In this document: piece by piece, positions 30,627-40,824 of the stretch
How the letters are laid out: every line of letters begins with the position of its first letter
How positions within the stretch are numbered: position 1 is the first letter of the stretch
Source of the DNA: a virus
DNA: 64,000 nucleotides
Virus record (IMG/VR): IMGVR_UViG_3300032323_001417
Coordinates: 37,665-101,664 of that record
Reading direction: 5' to 3' (one strand)
Translations under genes and position numbers: made by a program
Notes under the pieces: model-generated
Seen by the model: the letters and a program-made list of their open reading frames with translations, nothing else
The model's database searches: none
Told to the model about the DNA's origin: nothing

Positions 30627-30938
30627 ATGTACGCTCACAAGTCAATAAAAAGATTTAGCCTAGATGGTGAAATTTATGATGATTCCCACATCATAAGACT
30701 TAAAGAACAGTACTACAGCATGATTGTCGCTGGAATGAGATCTGATGGGTATGTTCCAAGATATGATATTGACACAGACTTTACAATTAGTTATAATGGT
30801 AAGACATTTAATTTTGAAATATCAATATACGGCGTATATGTAGGAAAGAGAACAGCAGAGTGTATATCAGGGATAGACAAAAACAAGCCAGTAATGGCTA
30901 CTTCTACTCAGAAGATCAAGTCAGAAGAAGTCTGCTAA
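30627..30938 (+). CDS. Hypothetical protein (leaderless)
   Basis: TGATATAAT at 30611-30619, 7 nt before the ATG. Confidence 0.6.
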   Translation: MYAHKSIKRFSLDGEIYDDSHIIRLKEQYYSMIVAGMRSDGYVPRYDIDTDFTISYNGKTFNFEISIYGVYVGKRTAECISGIDKNKPVMATSTQKIKSEEVC

Positions 30939-31813
30939 CTGCAGGTATTGATGTAGTATATGAAGTAGAATCTGACTTTATAATCTTTTGTCCATATCAT
31001 AATAATTATAGATCACCTGCTGCAGAAATTTCAAAAGAAAGCGGATTATTCTATTGCTTTGGATGTCAAGAATCTCATTCTCTTATTGAAGTAATAATGC
31101 ATGTAACTAAAAGATCATATTTTGAATCTGCAAGGATGATTGATTCTAAGTCAGAGAATGTTAATTTTGTTGAAAGTATTGAGGCAAAGCTTAATAAGAA
31201 ACCAGACTTTGTTGAATTTGATAATGAATTAATTAAAAGATTAAACGCTTCTGCACTCAATTCGCAAAGAGCTGCAGCCTACTACCTTGGAAGAGGAATT
31301 ACAAAAGATAGTGTTGAGAGGTATCTGCTTGGATACTCTGAGTCTCAAGACATGGTTACAATACCAGTACATTCGCCAGATGGAATGTGTTTAGGATTTG
31401 TTGGCAGGTCTGTAGAGGGCAAAGAGTTTAAGAATACTCCAGGACTTCCAAAAGCAAAGACAATGTTTAATTTATTTAGAGCAAAAAGATTTGATAAGGT
31501 ATTTGTTGTAGAGTCATCATTTGATGCAATACGTTTAGAGCAGGTAGGAGCACATGCTGTAGCAACTCTAGGTGCTTCTGTTTCAGGAAAACAAAGAGAA
31601 CTATTAAAACAATATTTTAATAATGTAATTATTTTAGGAGATAACGATGATGCTGGAAGAGAGATGGCTAAAAAGTTATCAAACATTCTTGGGTCAAGTG
31701 CAATAAACGCAAGTCTACCAGAATCAGTAAAAGATGTATCAGAATTATCAGATGAAGAGTTAAAAAAGTTTGTGTCACAATTTGACGATCTTGTGGCTAA
31801 TGTGTTACAATAG
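30860..31813 (+). CDS. dnaG: DNA primase (CHC2 Zn finger plus TOPRIM); start uncertain
   Basis: CPYH...CFGC, GFVGR, VESSFD, GDNDDAG. Confidence 0.9.
   Translation: MYIRDRQKQASNGYFYSEDQVRRSLLTAGIDVVYEVESDFIIFCPYHNNYRSPAAEISKESGLFYCFGCQESHSLIEVIMHVTKRSYFESARMIDSKSENVNFVESIEAKLNKKPDFVEFDNELIKRLNASALNSQRAAAYYLGRGITKDSVERYLLGYSESQDMVTIPVHSPDGMCLGFVGRSVEGKEFKNTPGLPKAKTMFNLFRAKRFDKVFVVESSFDAIRLEQVGAHAVATLGASVSGKQRELLKQYFNNVIILGDNDDAGREMAKKLSNILGSSAINASLPESVKDVSELSDEELKKFVSQFDDLVANVLQ
31782..31811 (+). promoter_or_regulatory. Sigma70-type promoter TTGACG-N18-TACAAT
   Basis: Upstream of the ssb-like gene. Confidence 0.55.
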
Positions 31814-31853
31814 AACAACTGTCCATGTATAGGGCAAAATATTAGGAGAAAAA

Positions 31854-32504
31854 ATGGCAATTGTAAAAGGGCTAAAAAATATCGAAGCAATGCTAGATAA
31901 GCCAAAATTTGAAAATAATGGTCCACGAGTAACGTGGCTTAAACTAGAAGATAATCAGAGTGTATCCGTTCGTTTTGTAAATGAACTTGATGGAGATTCA
32001 CCAAGCTATGACGAAAAGAATGGTCTTGCCATTGTCGTTTCTGAGCACACAAATCCAAAAGATTATAAGCGTAAGGCAGCTTGTTCTGCTGAAAGCGAAG
32101 GTCGTTGCTTTGGTTGTGAAATGCACAGAAAAGATATGAAGGCTGGCTGGAGATCTCGTCTACGTTTCTACATCAATGTTTTAGTTGATGATGGTGTAAA
32201 TGATCCATATATTGCTGTATGGAGCATGGGTGTTGCAAAGTCTGCAACCTTTGATACAATTCGTGAGTATGTTCAAGATTCGCAAAGTCTTTCAGGTATG
32301 ACATGGAAGCTAAAGCGAAATGGTAAGGGAACTGAGACAACCTATATTCTAATTCCAATTAAGCAAGATGAGGAAAAGTTTGATTGGTCTAAGTACGAGA
32401 TCCCAGACCTTGAAGTAGTCGTAAAGGAAGTTCCTTACGCTGAGCAAGAGTCTTTCTATCTTGGCTTTGACAATCCATCTGTATCTACTTCTGTAGATTG
32501 GTAA
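31854..32504 (+). CDS. Phage ssDNA-binding protein (gp32-like, Zn-binding)
   Basis: H...C...CFGC, WKLKRNGKGTETTY, acidic/aromatic tail; lies between primase and polymerase. Confidence 0.7.
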   Translation: MAIVKGLKNIEAMLDKPKFENNGPRVTWLKLEDNQSVSVRFVNELDGDSPSYDEKNGLAIVVSEHTNPKDYKRKAACSAESEGRCFGCEMHRKDMKAGWRSRLRFYINVLVDDGVNDPYIAVWSMGVAKSATFDTIREYVQDSQSLSGMTWKLKRNGKGTETTYILIPIKQDEEKFDWSKYEIPDLEVVVKEVPYAEQESFYLGFDNPSVSTSVDW

Positions 32505-32508
32505 TTGT

Positions 32509-32533
32509 GGTGGGGGAGAAGTACTCCCCCACC
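32509..32533 (+). terminator. Hairpin after ssb-like gene
   Basis: GGTGGGGGAG-aagta-CTCCCCCACC. Confidence 0.7.
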
Positions 32534-32554
32534 CTATACAACTGAAAGGTTAAA

Positions 32555-35500
32555 ATGACTTACGTTCCACTACACGTTCATACCCACTACTCCTTAATGG
32601 ATGGGGTTGCAACTCCAGAAGAGTATGCAAAACGTGCTTCTGAAATTGGGCTATCAGCAATTGCGATAACTGACCATGGCGTTCTGTCTGGTCACAGACC
32701 TATGTACAGGGCTGCAAAAGCAAATGGCATTAAACCAATTTTGGGTATTGAAGGATATATAACTGCAGATAGATTTGATAATAGAGACAAGTCTGAAAGA
32801 ACAGAACCCCTTGATATGGTTTATAATCATATTGTTCTTCTTGCAAAAAATGACAAGGGCTTAGAAAATTTAAATAAACTTAATGAACTTGCTTGGACTG
32901 AAGGATATTACAGAAAGCCAAGAATTGACTTTGAAATATTATCAAAGTATAGAGACGGTGTAATAGTTTTATCAGCATGTATGAGTGGACTTCTTGCAAA
33001 AGCAATTGAGCATAAAGAATATGCTGCTGCAAAAAAACATATGACTTGGTTTAAAGAAAATTTTGGAGATGATTTTTATGTAGAAGTCATGCCACACAAT
33101 CCTGCTGAATTAAATAAAGAACTTTTGGAAATGGCAGATACATATAATGTTAAGCCAGTAGTAACTCCTGACTGTCACCACTCTGACAAGAGTCAAAAGG
33201 TAATTCAGGAAATGATGCTGCTTTTAAATACTCATGCAAAGCTTAATAAGGAATCTACTTTTGACAAGGCTTCAAAGATTGAAGACCCTATGAAAAGACT
33301 TGATTATTTGTATGGCGAAGATAGAATGATGTCTTTTAGAAGTTTTGACATTCACTTGCTTTCCTATGAAGAAATTAAATCAGCAATGCAACAGCAAGGT
33401 ATTAAGCGTGAAGACATTTATGAAAATACTGTTGAAATTTCAAACAAGGTAGAAGAGTATACTATTAAAAGTAATCTAGACCTTCTTCCAATAAAGGTAG
33501 AAAATCCTAATGAAGAACTTCTTGCACTTGCTTCTAGGGGTCTAGTTCTAAAAGGTCTTTCTGAAAATAAAGAATACCTAGATAGATTAAATCTAGAACT
33601 TGAAGTTATTAAAAGCAAAAACTTCTCACCCTATTTTTTGGTTGTTCATAATATGCTTAATTGGGCAAAAGATCAGGGCATCATGGTTGGTCCAGGTCGT
33701 GGTTCAGCAGCAGGTTCTTTAGTTTGTTATGCATTAGGAATTACAGAAATTGATCCAATTGAATATGGTCTTTTGTTTTTCCGTTTTATTAATCCAGACA
33801 GAGATGATTTCCCTGATATTGATTCTGATATTGCAGATGATAGAAGAGATGAAGTTAAGGCATACCTTGAACGTGAGTACAAGAATGTTGCATCTATTGC
33901 TACATTCCTTGCATTTAAAGATAAGGGCGTTGTAAGAGATGTTGCCAGAGCATTTAATATTCCTCTTAATGATGTTAACAAAGTTCTTAAAGGCGTAGAT
34001 AGCTGGGATGATTTTACAAGATCAGCTAATGCTCAATGGTTTAGAATGAAGTATCCTGAAATTGTTAAATATGGAGAGCAACTTCGTGGAAGAATCCGTG
34101 GAACTGGTATTCATGCTGCAGGTGTGGTTACTGCAAAAGATTCAATCTTTAAATATGCACCACTTGAAACACGAATTGCACCAGGAAGCAAGGAAAGAAT
34201 TCCAGTAGTTGCAGTAGACATGGAAGAGGCTGCAGAGATTGGTCTAATCAAACTTGACGTACTTGGTCTAAAGACTCTTACTGTAATTGATCAGACTATT
34301 AAAACAATTAAAGAACGCCACGGAACAGAAATCAACCTTAAGCAGATACCTCTAAACGACAAGAAAGTCTTTGAGATGCTTTCTGAGGGGCGTACAAAGG
34401 GTGTTTTTCAGTGTGAAGCAACTCCGTACACAAACCTTTTAGTTAAAATGAGAGTAAGCAACTTTGATGAGCTTGTTGCATCTAACGCTCTTGTTCGTCC
34501 AGGTGCTATGAATACAATTGGAAAGTCATATATTGCTCGTAAACACGGTAGAGAAATGGTTGAATATATTCACCCATCTATGAACGACTATCTAAAAGAT
34601 ACCTATGGTTGTGTATTGTATCAGGAGCAAGTTATGCAAGCTTGTGTAGTTCTTGGTGGAATGACTATGGTTGAGGCTGATAAGGTTCGTAAGATTATTG
34701 GTAAGAAAAAAGATGCTAAAGAATTTGACATCTTTAAAGATAAGTTTGTTAACAATGCAGAAAAACATATTGGCATTAGAGCAAAAGATCTTTGGCATGA
34801 CTTTGAAGCACACGCAGGTTATTCGTTTAACAAGTCTCACGCTGTTGCATACTCAACACTTTCATATTGGACTGCTTGGTTAAAGTATCATTATCCAATT
34901 GAGTTTATGTTTTCTCTTTTAAAGAGTGAAAAAGATAGCGATACTCGTACAGAGTATTTAATTGAATCAAAGCGTATGGGGCTGTCTTTAAAACTTCCAC
35001 ACATCAATGAGTCTGATGCAGACTTTAAAATTGAGGGTAAAGGGATTAGATTTGGTCTTGCTGCAATTAAGTGGCTATCAGAAGGAGTTGCTAATAAGAT
35101 TATTGCTGGTAGACCTTTTGATTCTAAAGAGCAGTTTAAAAACTTTGCAATTAAAAAGGGCAGTGGAATTAATTCAAGAGCAGTAGAAGCGTTAGATCTT
35201 ATTGGTGCTTTGACATTTGAAGATAATCCCAGAGATGAAGTAAAGGTTAGAGAAAATCTTTATGAATATCTAAATCTTCCAGAATTAAATACAAGTGTTC
35301 CTCAACATTACTATGCATACATAGATCTTGTAGAAGACTTTGATGAACAGGGAGTGTTTGTCCTACTTGGCATTGCAAAAAATATTAAGCGTGGAAAAGG
35401 CTGGTCAAGAGTAGAAATTATGGACTCAACTGGCGTTATTGGAATCTTTGATGATGAAGAGACTAAGATTGAACCAGGAAGAACTTATTTAATTCTTGCA

Positions 35501-35824
35501 GGTGCAAATAGAATTTCTGAGGCTATTCCAATTGATGAATTAAAAGAGCATAAAGAAAATCCACTTATAAAGTTTTTAAATTATAAGCAGATACCATTTG
35601 CAAATGATGAACACTTTGTGCTATCATTTACTCCTAGAGTTACTAAAGCTGGAAAGAGAATGGCTAATATGATTGTTGCCAATAGTTCAAGAGAAATGAC
35701 TGCTGCAATGGTGTTCCCAACAATGTTCTCTACTGGATACATGAAGTGCCAGCCTGGAAAAGTAGCAAAGATTAATTTTGGTGAAACAAAAGAAGGAACT
35801 ATTACATTGAAGGAAGTATTATAA
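32555..35824 (+). CDS. dnaE: DNA polymerase III alpha subunit
   Basis: PHP domain HVHTHYS/TDHG; GPGRGSAAGS; PDIDSD; KLDVLGL; FNKSHA. Confidence 0.97.
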   Translation: MTYVPLHVHTHYSLMDGVATPEEYAKRASEIGLSAIAITDHGVLSGHRPMYRAAKANGIKPILGIEGYITADRFDNRDKSERTEPLDMVYNHIVLLAKNDKGLENLNKLNELAWTEGYYRKPRIDFEILSKYRDGVIVLSACMSGLLAKAIEHKEYAAAKKHMTWFKENFGDDFYVEVMPHNPAELNKELLEMADTYNVKPVVTPDCHHSDKSQKVIQEMMLLLNTHAKLNKESTFDKASKIEDPMKRLDYLYGEDRMMSFRSFDIHLLSYEEIKSAMQQQGIKREDIYENTVEISNKVEEYTIKSNLDLLPIKVENPNEELLALASRGLVLKGLSENKEYLDRLNLELEVIKSKNFSPYFLVVHNMLNWAKDQGIMVGPGRGSAAGSLVCYALGITEIDPIEYGLLFFRFINPDRDDFPDIDSDIADDRRDEVKAYLEREYKNVASIATFLAFKDKGVVRDVARAFNIPLNDVNKVLKGVDSWDDFTRSANAQWFRMKYPEIVKYGEQLRGRIRGTGIHAAGVVTAKDSIFKYAPLETRIAPGSKERIPVVAVDMEEAAEIGLIKLDVLGLKTLTVIDQTIKTIKERHGTEINLKQIPLNDKKVFEMLSEGRTKGVFQCEATPYTNLLVKMRVSNFDELVASNALVRPGAMNTIGKSYIARKHGREMVEYIHPSMNDYLKDTYGCVLYQEQVMQACVVLGGMTMVEADKVRKIIGKKKDAKEFDIFKDKFVNNAEKHIGIRAKDLWHDFEAHAGYSFNKSHAVAYSTLSYWTAWLKYHYPIEFMFSLLKSEKDSDTRTEYLIESKRMGLSLKLPHINESDADFKIEGKGIRFGLAAIKWLSEGVANKIIAGRPFDSKEQFKNFAIKKGSGINSRAVEALDLIGALTFEDNPRDEVKVRENLYEYLNLPELNTSVPQHYYAYIDLVEDFDEQGVFVLLGIAKNIKRGKGWSRVEIMDSTGVIGIFDDEETKIEPGRTYLILAGANRISEAIPIDELKEHKENPLIKFLNYKQIPFANDEHFVLSFTPRVTKAGKRMANMIVANSSREMTAAMVFPTMFSTGYMKCQPGKVAKINFGETKEGTITLKEVL

Positions 35825-36151
35825 ATGGCTATTATTATTGATGAATTTGCAGCAGTATTACATGCAAATGCAAGAGACAAAGGATTCTGGGATGACAATA
35901 ACGGAACGATCTTTTATCTAAAGCAACTTGCAATGGTGCACTCAGAGGTCTCTGAGGTGCTTGAAGCAATACGCAAGGAGAAGGGCGATGATCAAGTAGT
36001 AGAAGAACTAGCTGACGTTATTATTAGAGTCTTAGATTTGTATGCTGGTTTAGTTAGAGATGGATATACATCACTATCTCTTGAAGAGTCTTTAAAAAAT
36101 AAGGCTAAGATAAATACAGAACGTCCAAAAATGCACGGGGTACTAGCATGA
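35825..36151 (+). CDS. MazG-like nucleotide pyrophosphohydrolase
   Basis: SEVSEVLEA.RK...EELADVIIRVLD. Confidence 0.85.
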   Translation: MAIIIDEFAAVLHANARDKGFWDDNNGTIFYLKQLAMVHSEVSEVLEAIRKEKGDDQVVEELADVIIRVLDLYAGLVRDGYTSLSLEESLKNKAKINTERPKMHGVLA

Positions 36152-37161
36152 GTAAAATAGATCTTGATGATTTCTTATCCCAGCTAGACCCTAAGTTGCG
36201 TAAAAAGATAACAAGTGGAAACACCATTGAAATAACTAAGCAGAAGACACCAAGCATTAGCCTAAACAATGCATTAAAGGGTGGCTTTGGATATGGTCGT
36301 CAAGTTCTTATTTGGGGAAACAAGTCTGCAGGAAAGTCTTCATTCTGTTTACAGATGATTGCTGATGCACAAAAGGATGGCAAGATTTGTGCCTGGATTG
36401 ATGCAGAAGCATCCTTTGATCCAGAGTGGGCAAGAAAACTTGGGGTAGATGTTGATCAGCTAATTTATTCAAATGCTAGAAGTATGAATGAGATGGTAGA
36501 TGTTGGAGTCCAGCTTATGAAAGCTGGAGTAGACGTTCTAATTGTTGATTCTATCTCTGCACTTCTTCCTGCTATTTATTTTGAAAAGGATTCAGAAGAG
36601 TTAAAGCAGTTAGAGAATACTAAACAGATTGGTGCAGAGGCAAGAGATATGACCAACGCAGTAAAGATGCTTAACTATGCAAACAATAATGACAAGCCAA
36701 CCTTGCTTGTTTTAATTTCTCAACAAAGAAATAATATTGGTGCAATGTTTGCCTCGCATCAACCAACTGGTGGACACGCTGTTAAGTTCTTTAGTAGCAC
36801 GATTGTAAAACTGTGGTCAAGTGAGTCTGACAATCAGGCAATCAAGGGAAAGATAGTTTCAGGAGATAAAGTTATTGAGTCTAAAATTGGTCGTGTAGTT
36901 AACTGGCACGTTGATTTTAATAAGACTGGTCCAGCATTTGTCGCAGGTTCTTACGACTTCTATTTTGATGGAGATGGCTCTATGGGTGTAGACAAGATTG
37001 CAGATCTAGTTGATACCGCAGAGCTTGTTGGTGCTATTCAAAAGGGTGGAGCCTGGTACACTATCGGAGAAGAACGATTGCAGGGTAGAGCAAAAGTCAT
37101 TGAGTGGCTAAAAGAAGACCCTAAAAGAGTTTTAGATTTAGAAGCAAAACTAGATGTATAA
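36148..37161 (+). CDS. recA: RecA-like recombinase
   Basis: GNKSAGKS, WIDAE, IVDSI, TGGHAVKFFSS, GAWY. Confidence 0.92.
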   Translation: MSKIDLDDFLSQLDPKLRKKITSGNTIEITKQKTPSISLNNALKGGFGYGRQVLIWGNKSAGKSSFCLQMIADAQKDGKICAWIDAEASFDPEWARKLGVDVDQLIYSNARSMNEMVDVGVQLMKAGVDVLIVDSISALLPAIYFEKDSEELKQLENTKQIGAEARDMTNAVKMLNYANNNDKPTLLVLISQQRNNIGAMFASHQPTGGHAVKFFSSTIVKLWSSESDNQAIKGKIVSGDKVIESKIGRVVNWHVDFNKTGPAFVAGSYDFYFDGDGSMGVDKIADLVDTAELVGAIQKGGAWYTIGEERLQGRAKVIEWLKEDPKRVLDLEAKLDV

Positions 37162-37309
37162 AAATTTTTCTGAGTATAGAGGAAAGTTCTCTTGTCACTC
37201 ATGCAAACAATTAGTGTTAATTGCAAGATTTTATAGAGAAGATATGAAGCTAACTTGGCTTTGTTCAAATAGACATATGTCTGAAGTTATTTTAACAAGG
37301 GGGGCATAG
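37154..37309 (+). CDS. Small Zn-finger-like protein (51 aa, not in ORF track)
   Basis: MYKNFSEYRGKFSCHSCKQ...LCSNRHMSEV; fills the gap between recA and the resolvase. Confidence 0.6.
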   Translation: MYKNFSEYRGKFSCHSCKQLVLIARFYREDMKLTWLCSNRHMSEVILTRGA

Positions 37310-37608
37310 TGAGCGAACGTGCAGAACTTAAAAGAGCAGGTCTAAAGGCTCATAAAAATTCTGGCAGAGGTGCAGTAAAAGCTGATGGTAGTGATGATGA
37401 ATTTGTTGTTGATGTAAAAGAATACAGTAAATCATTTTCTATTAGCCAAGATAACTGGGCAAAAATTGTTACAGATACCTTAAAGGTTGATAGATCTAAG
37501 AACCCAGCACTAATGCTTGTTATTGGCGAAGGAAATAGAAAAGTTAGGCTTGCTGTTATTGAATGGGAAGTCTTTGAAGAATTGAGGAATAATGGAAACA
37601 ACGATTGA
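37309..37608 (+). CDS. Holliday junction resolvase (Hjc-like PD-(D/E)xK)
   Basis: SE...NSGRG..KADG...VDVKE. Confidence 0.7.
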   Translation: MSERAELKRAGLKAHKNSGRGAVKADGSDDEFVVDVKEYSKSFSISQDNWAKIVTDTLKVDRSKNPALMLVIGEGNRKVRLAVIEWEVFEELRNNGNND

Positions 37609-37909
37609 ACTACTAAATCAAGTAAATGGCTTTAATGAAATATCTGAGCATATGCAGGATGATGAACTGACTCAGACCTTAGTCCTAGTTGCTAAGCTAA
37701 TTTCTAAACCAGATGTTCCTGCAGCAGTTGGGGTTGAACTAATTGTAAAGCTACAAGCATATTCTGCTAAATTTGCAATGCTTGCTTCCTGGTATACTAA
37801 TGTTAAGAAAGATGAAAGAGCAAAGAAGAATATATACTATTCAGCTAAAGAAGCAACGGATAGACTAGTAGATGCATTAAAATATGCAGTTAGGATTAAC
37901 AATGGCTAA
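37592..37909 (+). CDS. Hypothetical helical protein
   Basis: 105-aa ORF within the operon. Confidence 0.6.
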   Translation: METTIELLNQVNGFNEISEHMQDDELTQTLVLVAKLISKPDVPAAVGVELIVKLQAYSAKFAMLASWYTNVKKDERAKKNIYYSAKEATDRLVDALKYAVRINNG

Positions 37910-38681
37910 AAGCCTTATTAATAAGTTGGTTGAAAAACCAAAAAAGAGTGAAGAGAATTTAATTGATAGTCAGGCAATTGTTGACAAGATTAAAGAGGGA
38001 TATGCGTTACAAAGAAAAGCATCCTTTAAGAAAAGAGATAGTTTTACTCCATCAACGCTAACCTATGGTGCAGGTAAGTGTCCTAGATTTTGGTACTTAT
38101 GGTTTGAAGGAAATGATTCAGACGTAAAGACAGACTGGTACTCAGTTGCAAATATGGATAGTGGTACTGATCGTCATGGTCGTATTGAAAAGGCTATGGA
38201 GTCTGCTGGCATTCTTGTAACCAATGAAGAGCGTTTATCTTATGTAGACCCACCAATTTCTGGTAGAACAGATGCAATTATTAAATGGAATGACATGGAT
38301 ATTCTTACTGAAATTAAGACACTTAATGAAGATTCTTTTCATTATCTAAACGTTAAGGGCGAAGCAAGAAAGTACCATGTTGAACAGCTTTTAATTTACA
38401 TGAAGATTCTTAAAAAGAGTTTTGCATTCCTTGTTTATGAGTCAAAGAATAGTCATGAACTTTCTTTGTTCCCTGTTAAACTAACTGATCACTATAAGAA
38501 TTTTATTAATTACTTTTTTGATTGGATGAGAGAAGTAAAGAAAGCGTCCGATGACGGTCTTCTTCCTGAAAATCCTTACCGTTCAAACTCCAAAGTTTGC
38601 AAGGGTTGTGATTTCGAAACAGTATGTCGCACAAAACCAAAGGGTGATATTAAAATAGCACCAAGGAAAGATCTTGAGTAA
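37902..38681 (+). CDS. Cas4-like exonuclease (standalone)
   Basis: CPR, GTDRH, GRTD, EIKT, QLLIY and C..C.....C four-cysteine cluster. Confidence 0.85.
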   Translation: MAKSLINKLVEKPKKSEENLIDSQAIVDKIKEGYALQRKASFKKRDSFTPSTLTYGAGKCPRFWYLWFEGNDSDVKTDWYSVANMDSGTDRHGRIEKAMESAGILVTNEERLSYVDPPISGRTDAIIKWNDMDILTEIKTLNEDSFHYLNVKGEARKYHVEQLLIYMKILKKSFAFLVYESKNSHELSLFPVKLTDHYKNFINYFFDWMREVKKASDDGLLPENPYRSNSKVCKGCDFETVCRTKPKGDIKIAPRKDLE

Positions 38682-38967
38682 ATTTTGTAAACTATGCGAT
38701 AATCATTTTGAAAGCAATAATAAAAATCAAATATATTGCTCACCTGAGTGCAGGGCAACTGCAACAAAGGAAAAGATTATGCAAAGATACAAGGTTTCAA
38801 AAGTTAAATCTCGTGCTACAAAGTCAAGAAAATGTGCTGGTGGATGCGGTATAGAAATTAGTATTTATAATGATATTGGTTTTTGTAATAGCTGCATGAT
38901 GAGCAAAAAAAAGCTTGATCAAACATTGAAAGATATAAAAGGATACTTTGATTATGAGCAAACCTAG
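38674..38967 (+). CDS. Cys-rich Zn-finger protein
   Basis: CKLC, YCSPEC, CAGGC, CNSC. Confidence 0.65.
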   Translation: MSKFCKLCDNHFESNNKNQIYCSPECRATATKEKIMQRYKVSKVKSRATKSRKCAGGCGIEISIYNDIGFCNSCMMSKKKLDQTLKDIKGYFDYEQT

Positions 38968-39541
38968 TTGGAAAGACATTGGTAAGCCAAAAAGGTTTAT
39001 GTCAATAGATGCTTCTTCTACATCTGCTGCATTTGCAATATTTGAAAATAATGAGTTGGTTAAATTTGGTAAAGTTAATTTTACTGGAAACGATTATTAT
39101 AAGAAAGCTGGAGATGCTTGTAAAAAACTTACTCCAATGTTTAAAGAGTTTAATGTTGAAGCAGTTGTAATTGAAAATACTATCTTTGCAAACTCTCCAA
39201 AAACATCAATGCAATTAGCTCTTGCACAAGGAGCTATCGTAAGTGCAGCCTACATTAATGGAGTAAAAGATATATACCCATGTGTACCAGTTGCCTGGCA
39301 AAACTGGATTGGAAACAAGGTTTTAACAAAAGATGAAAAGCTTGAACTAAGAAAAGAAACTCCTGGAAAGTCAGACTCTTGGTACAAGGGGAAAGAAAGA
39401 GAGTTTAGAAAAAATAGAACTATCAGACTTGTCAATATAGAGTTCATGACTGATGTAGATGACAATGATGTTGCAGATGCAATAGCTATTGGATGGTATG
39501 CAACAAATAACTGGAATAAGATTACTAAACTTGACTTATAA
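38954..39541 (+). CDS. RuvC-like resolvase
   Basis: SIDAS, VVIEN, DDNDVADAIAIG. Confidence 0.8.
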   Translation: MSKPSWKDIGKPKRFMSIDASSTSAAFAIFENNELVKFGKVNFTGNDYYKKAGDACKKLTPMFKEFNVEAVVIENTIFANSPKTSMQLALAQGAIVSAAYINGVKDIYPCVPVAWQNWIGNKVLTKDEKLELRKETPGKSDSWYKGKEREFRKNRTIRLVNIEFMTDVDDNDVADAIAIGWYATNNWNKITKLDL

Positions 39542-39557
39542 AGGATATAATGATATT

Positions 39558-39710
39558 ATGAAAATGTACACTAATGAAAATTGGCTAAGAAAAAGATTTT
39601 TAATGGACAAGAAAACACCAGAAGATATTGCAAAAGAGTGTGGAGTTTCTGTTGAAACTGTTTATGTCTATCTTGGCAAGTTTGGATTGAGAAAGAGTAG
39701 AAGGAAATAA
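39558..39710 (+). CDS. Small HTH DNA-binding protein
   Basis: TPEDIAKECGVSVETVYVYL; promoter immediately upstream. Confidence 0.7.
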   Translation: MKMYTNENWLRKRFLMDKKTPEDIAKECGVSVETVYVYLGKFGLRKSRRK

Positions 39711-40045
39711 TGGCTGAATATCCATCAGAAGCATTCTTTGCAAACAAGAATGAAGATAAGATTAAAAAGATTCTTGAACTTTCTAAAACTGCACCAGCTG
39801 GATACAGTATCCTTGCTGCCTGTTTAGAAATTACAGAGATGCTGCTAGAAAAAAATGTGGCATATGGAAATTCTGCCCTAAACCCTATTCGTATCTTTAG
39901 CAATGCAGACGATATGGAACAATTGAATGTTCGTATTGATGATAAGTTAAATAGAATTAAAAATAAAAAGTTGTATGCAGGAGACAATGACGAAGACGAT
40001 CTAATTGGATACTTGTTGCTAAAGAAGGCTAAAAAGCGTGGCTAA
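39710..40045 (+). CDS. DUF1599 / nucleotide-modification-associated-domain-like protein
   Basis: KNVAYGNS...VRIDDKLNR...DLIGY. Confidence 0.65.
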   Translation: MAEYPSEAFFANKNEDKIKKILELSKTAPAGYSILAACLEITEMLLEKNVAYGNSALNPIRIFSNADDMEQLNVRIDDKLNRIKNKKLYAGDNDEDDLIGYLLLKKAKKRG

Positions 40046-40325
40046 AAGAAAAATAACTTATTTAGATAGGTTTGAAAGAAAGTTCTCAATGATTACTGAG
40101 AGTGGTCATGAAGTAAGTAAGGGTGACTTAATTAAGATTACTGGAGAGTATGGAGCTATCTTTAAGTTTCAATGTCTAGTCAAAAATCCCGAAAATGGTG
40201 TAGAATGGATAGACTGCTTTCAAATGCTGAAGGATATGTCTGGACCAACTAGGTCTTTTTATCCTGACAGGGTTAAGGCAGTAAAGAAGAGAGGTAAGCG
40301 TGTCAAGCGAAGCAGCGTTAGTTAA
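40038..40325 (+). CDS. Hypothetical SH3-like protein
   Basis: KGDLIKITGE...RSFYPDRVK. Confidence 0.5.
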   Translation: MAKRKITYLDRFERKFSMITESGHEVSKGDLIKITGEYGAIFKFQCLVKNPENGVEWIDCFQMLKDMSGPTRSFYPDRVKAVKKRGKRVKRSSVS

Positions 40326-40824
40326 TCATTTAGATCTTGTTAACAAGGTTGCATCAGAGTACCTAAAAGGTTCAGATGCCTCAGAGATTGCAAAAATTTT
40401 AAGCCTTCCAAGAGCAAAAGTTACAGAGCTACTTACTGACTGGAGAGTTATGGCTGCAAACAACCAAGCTATCCATGCTCGTGCAAAAGAAGCCCTTGCT
40501 GGTGCAGACCAACATTACTCTTCACTAATTAAAAAAGCTTATGAAGTTATTGACTCTGCAGATCAAACTGCAAATCTAACTGCCAAGACAACATCTATTA
40601 AACTTATCGCTGATATTGAAAGCAAAAGACTTGAGATGTTGCAAAAGGCTGGACTCCTAGACAACCAAGAATTAGCAGACGAACTTTTAGAAACAGAAAG
40701 AAAGCAAGAAATACTTATAAGTATTCTTAAAGAAGTAACTTCATCCTGCGACTCTTGTAGACCAAAAGTTTTAACAAAACTTTCTCAAGTTAATGAGGGT
40801 GGGGTAGTTGTAATTGACAATTGA
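40300..40824 (+). CDS. Probable terminase small subunit (HTH plus helical)
   Basis: N-terminal HTH; overlaps the terminase large subunit start. Confidence 0.55.
   Translation: MSSEAALVNHLDLVNKVASEYLKGSDASEIAKILSLPRAKVTELLTDWRVMAANNQAIHARAKEALAGADQHYSSLIKKAYEVIDSADQTANLTAKTTSIKLIADIESKRLEMLQKAGLLDNQELADELLETERKQEILISILKEVTSSCDSCRPKVLTKLSQVNEGGVVVIDN

Noticed and set aside
31345-31926. 193-aa minus-strand ORF, and other short antisense ORFs in the track
   Set aside because: They lie antisense to well-supported genes, with no RBS/promoter or recognisable motifs.
37902-38681. Cas4-like gene as a sign of a CRISPR-Cas system
   Set aside because: No repeat-spacer array or other cas genes are visible; standalone Cas4-like nucleases are normal in phage recombination modules.
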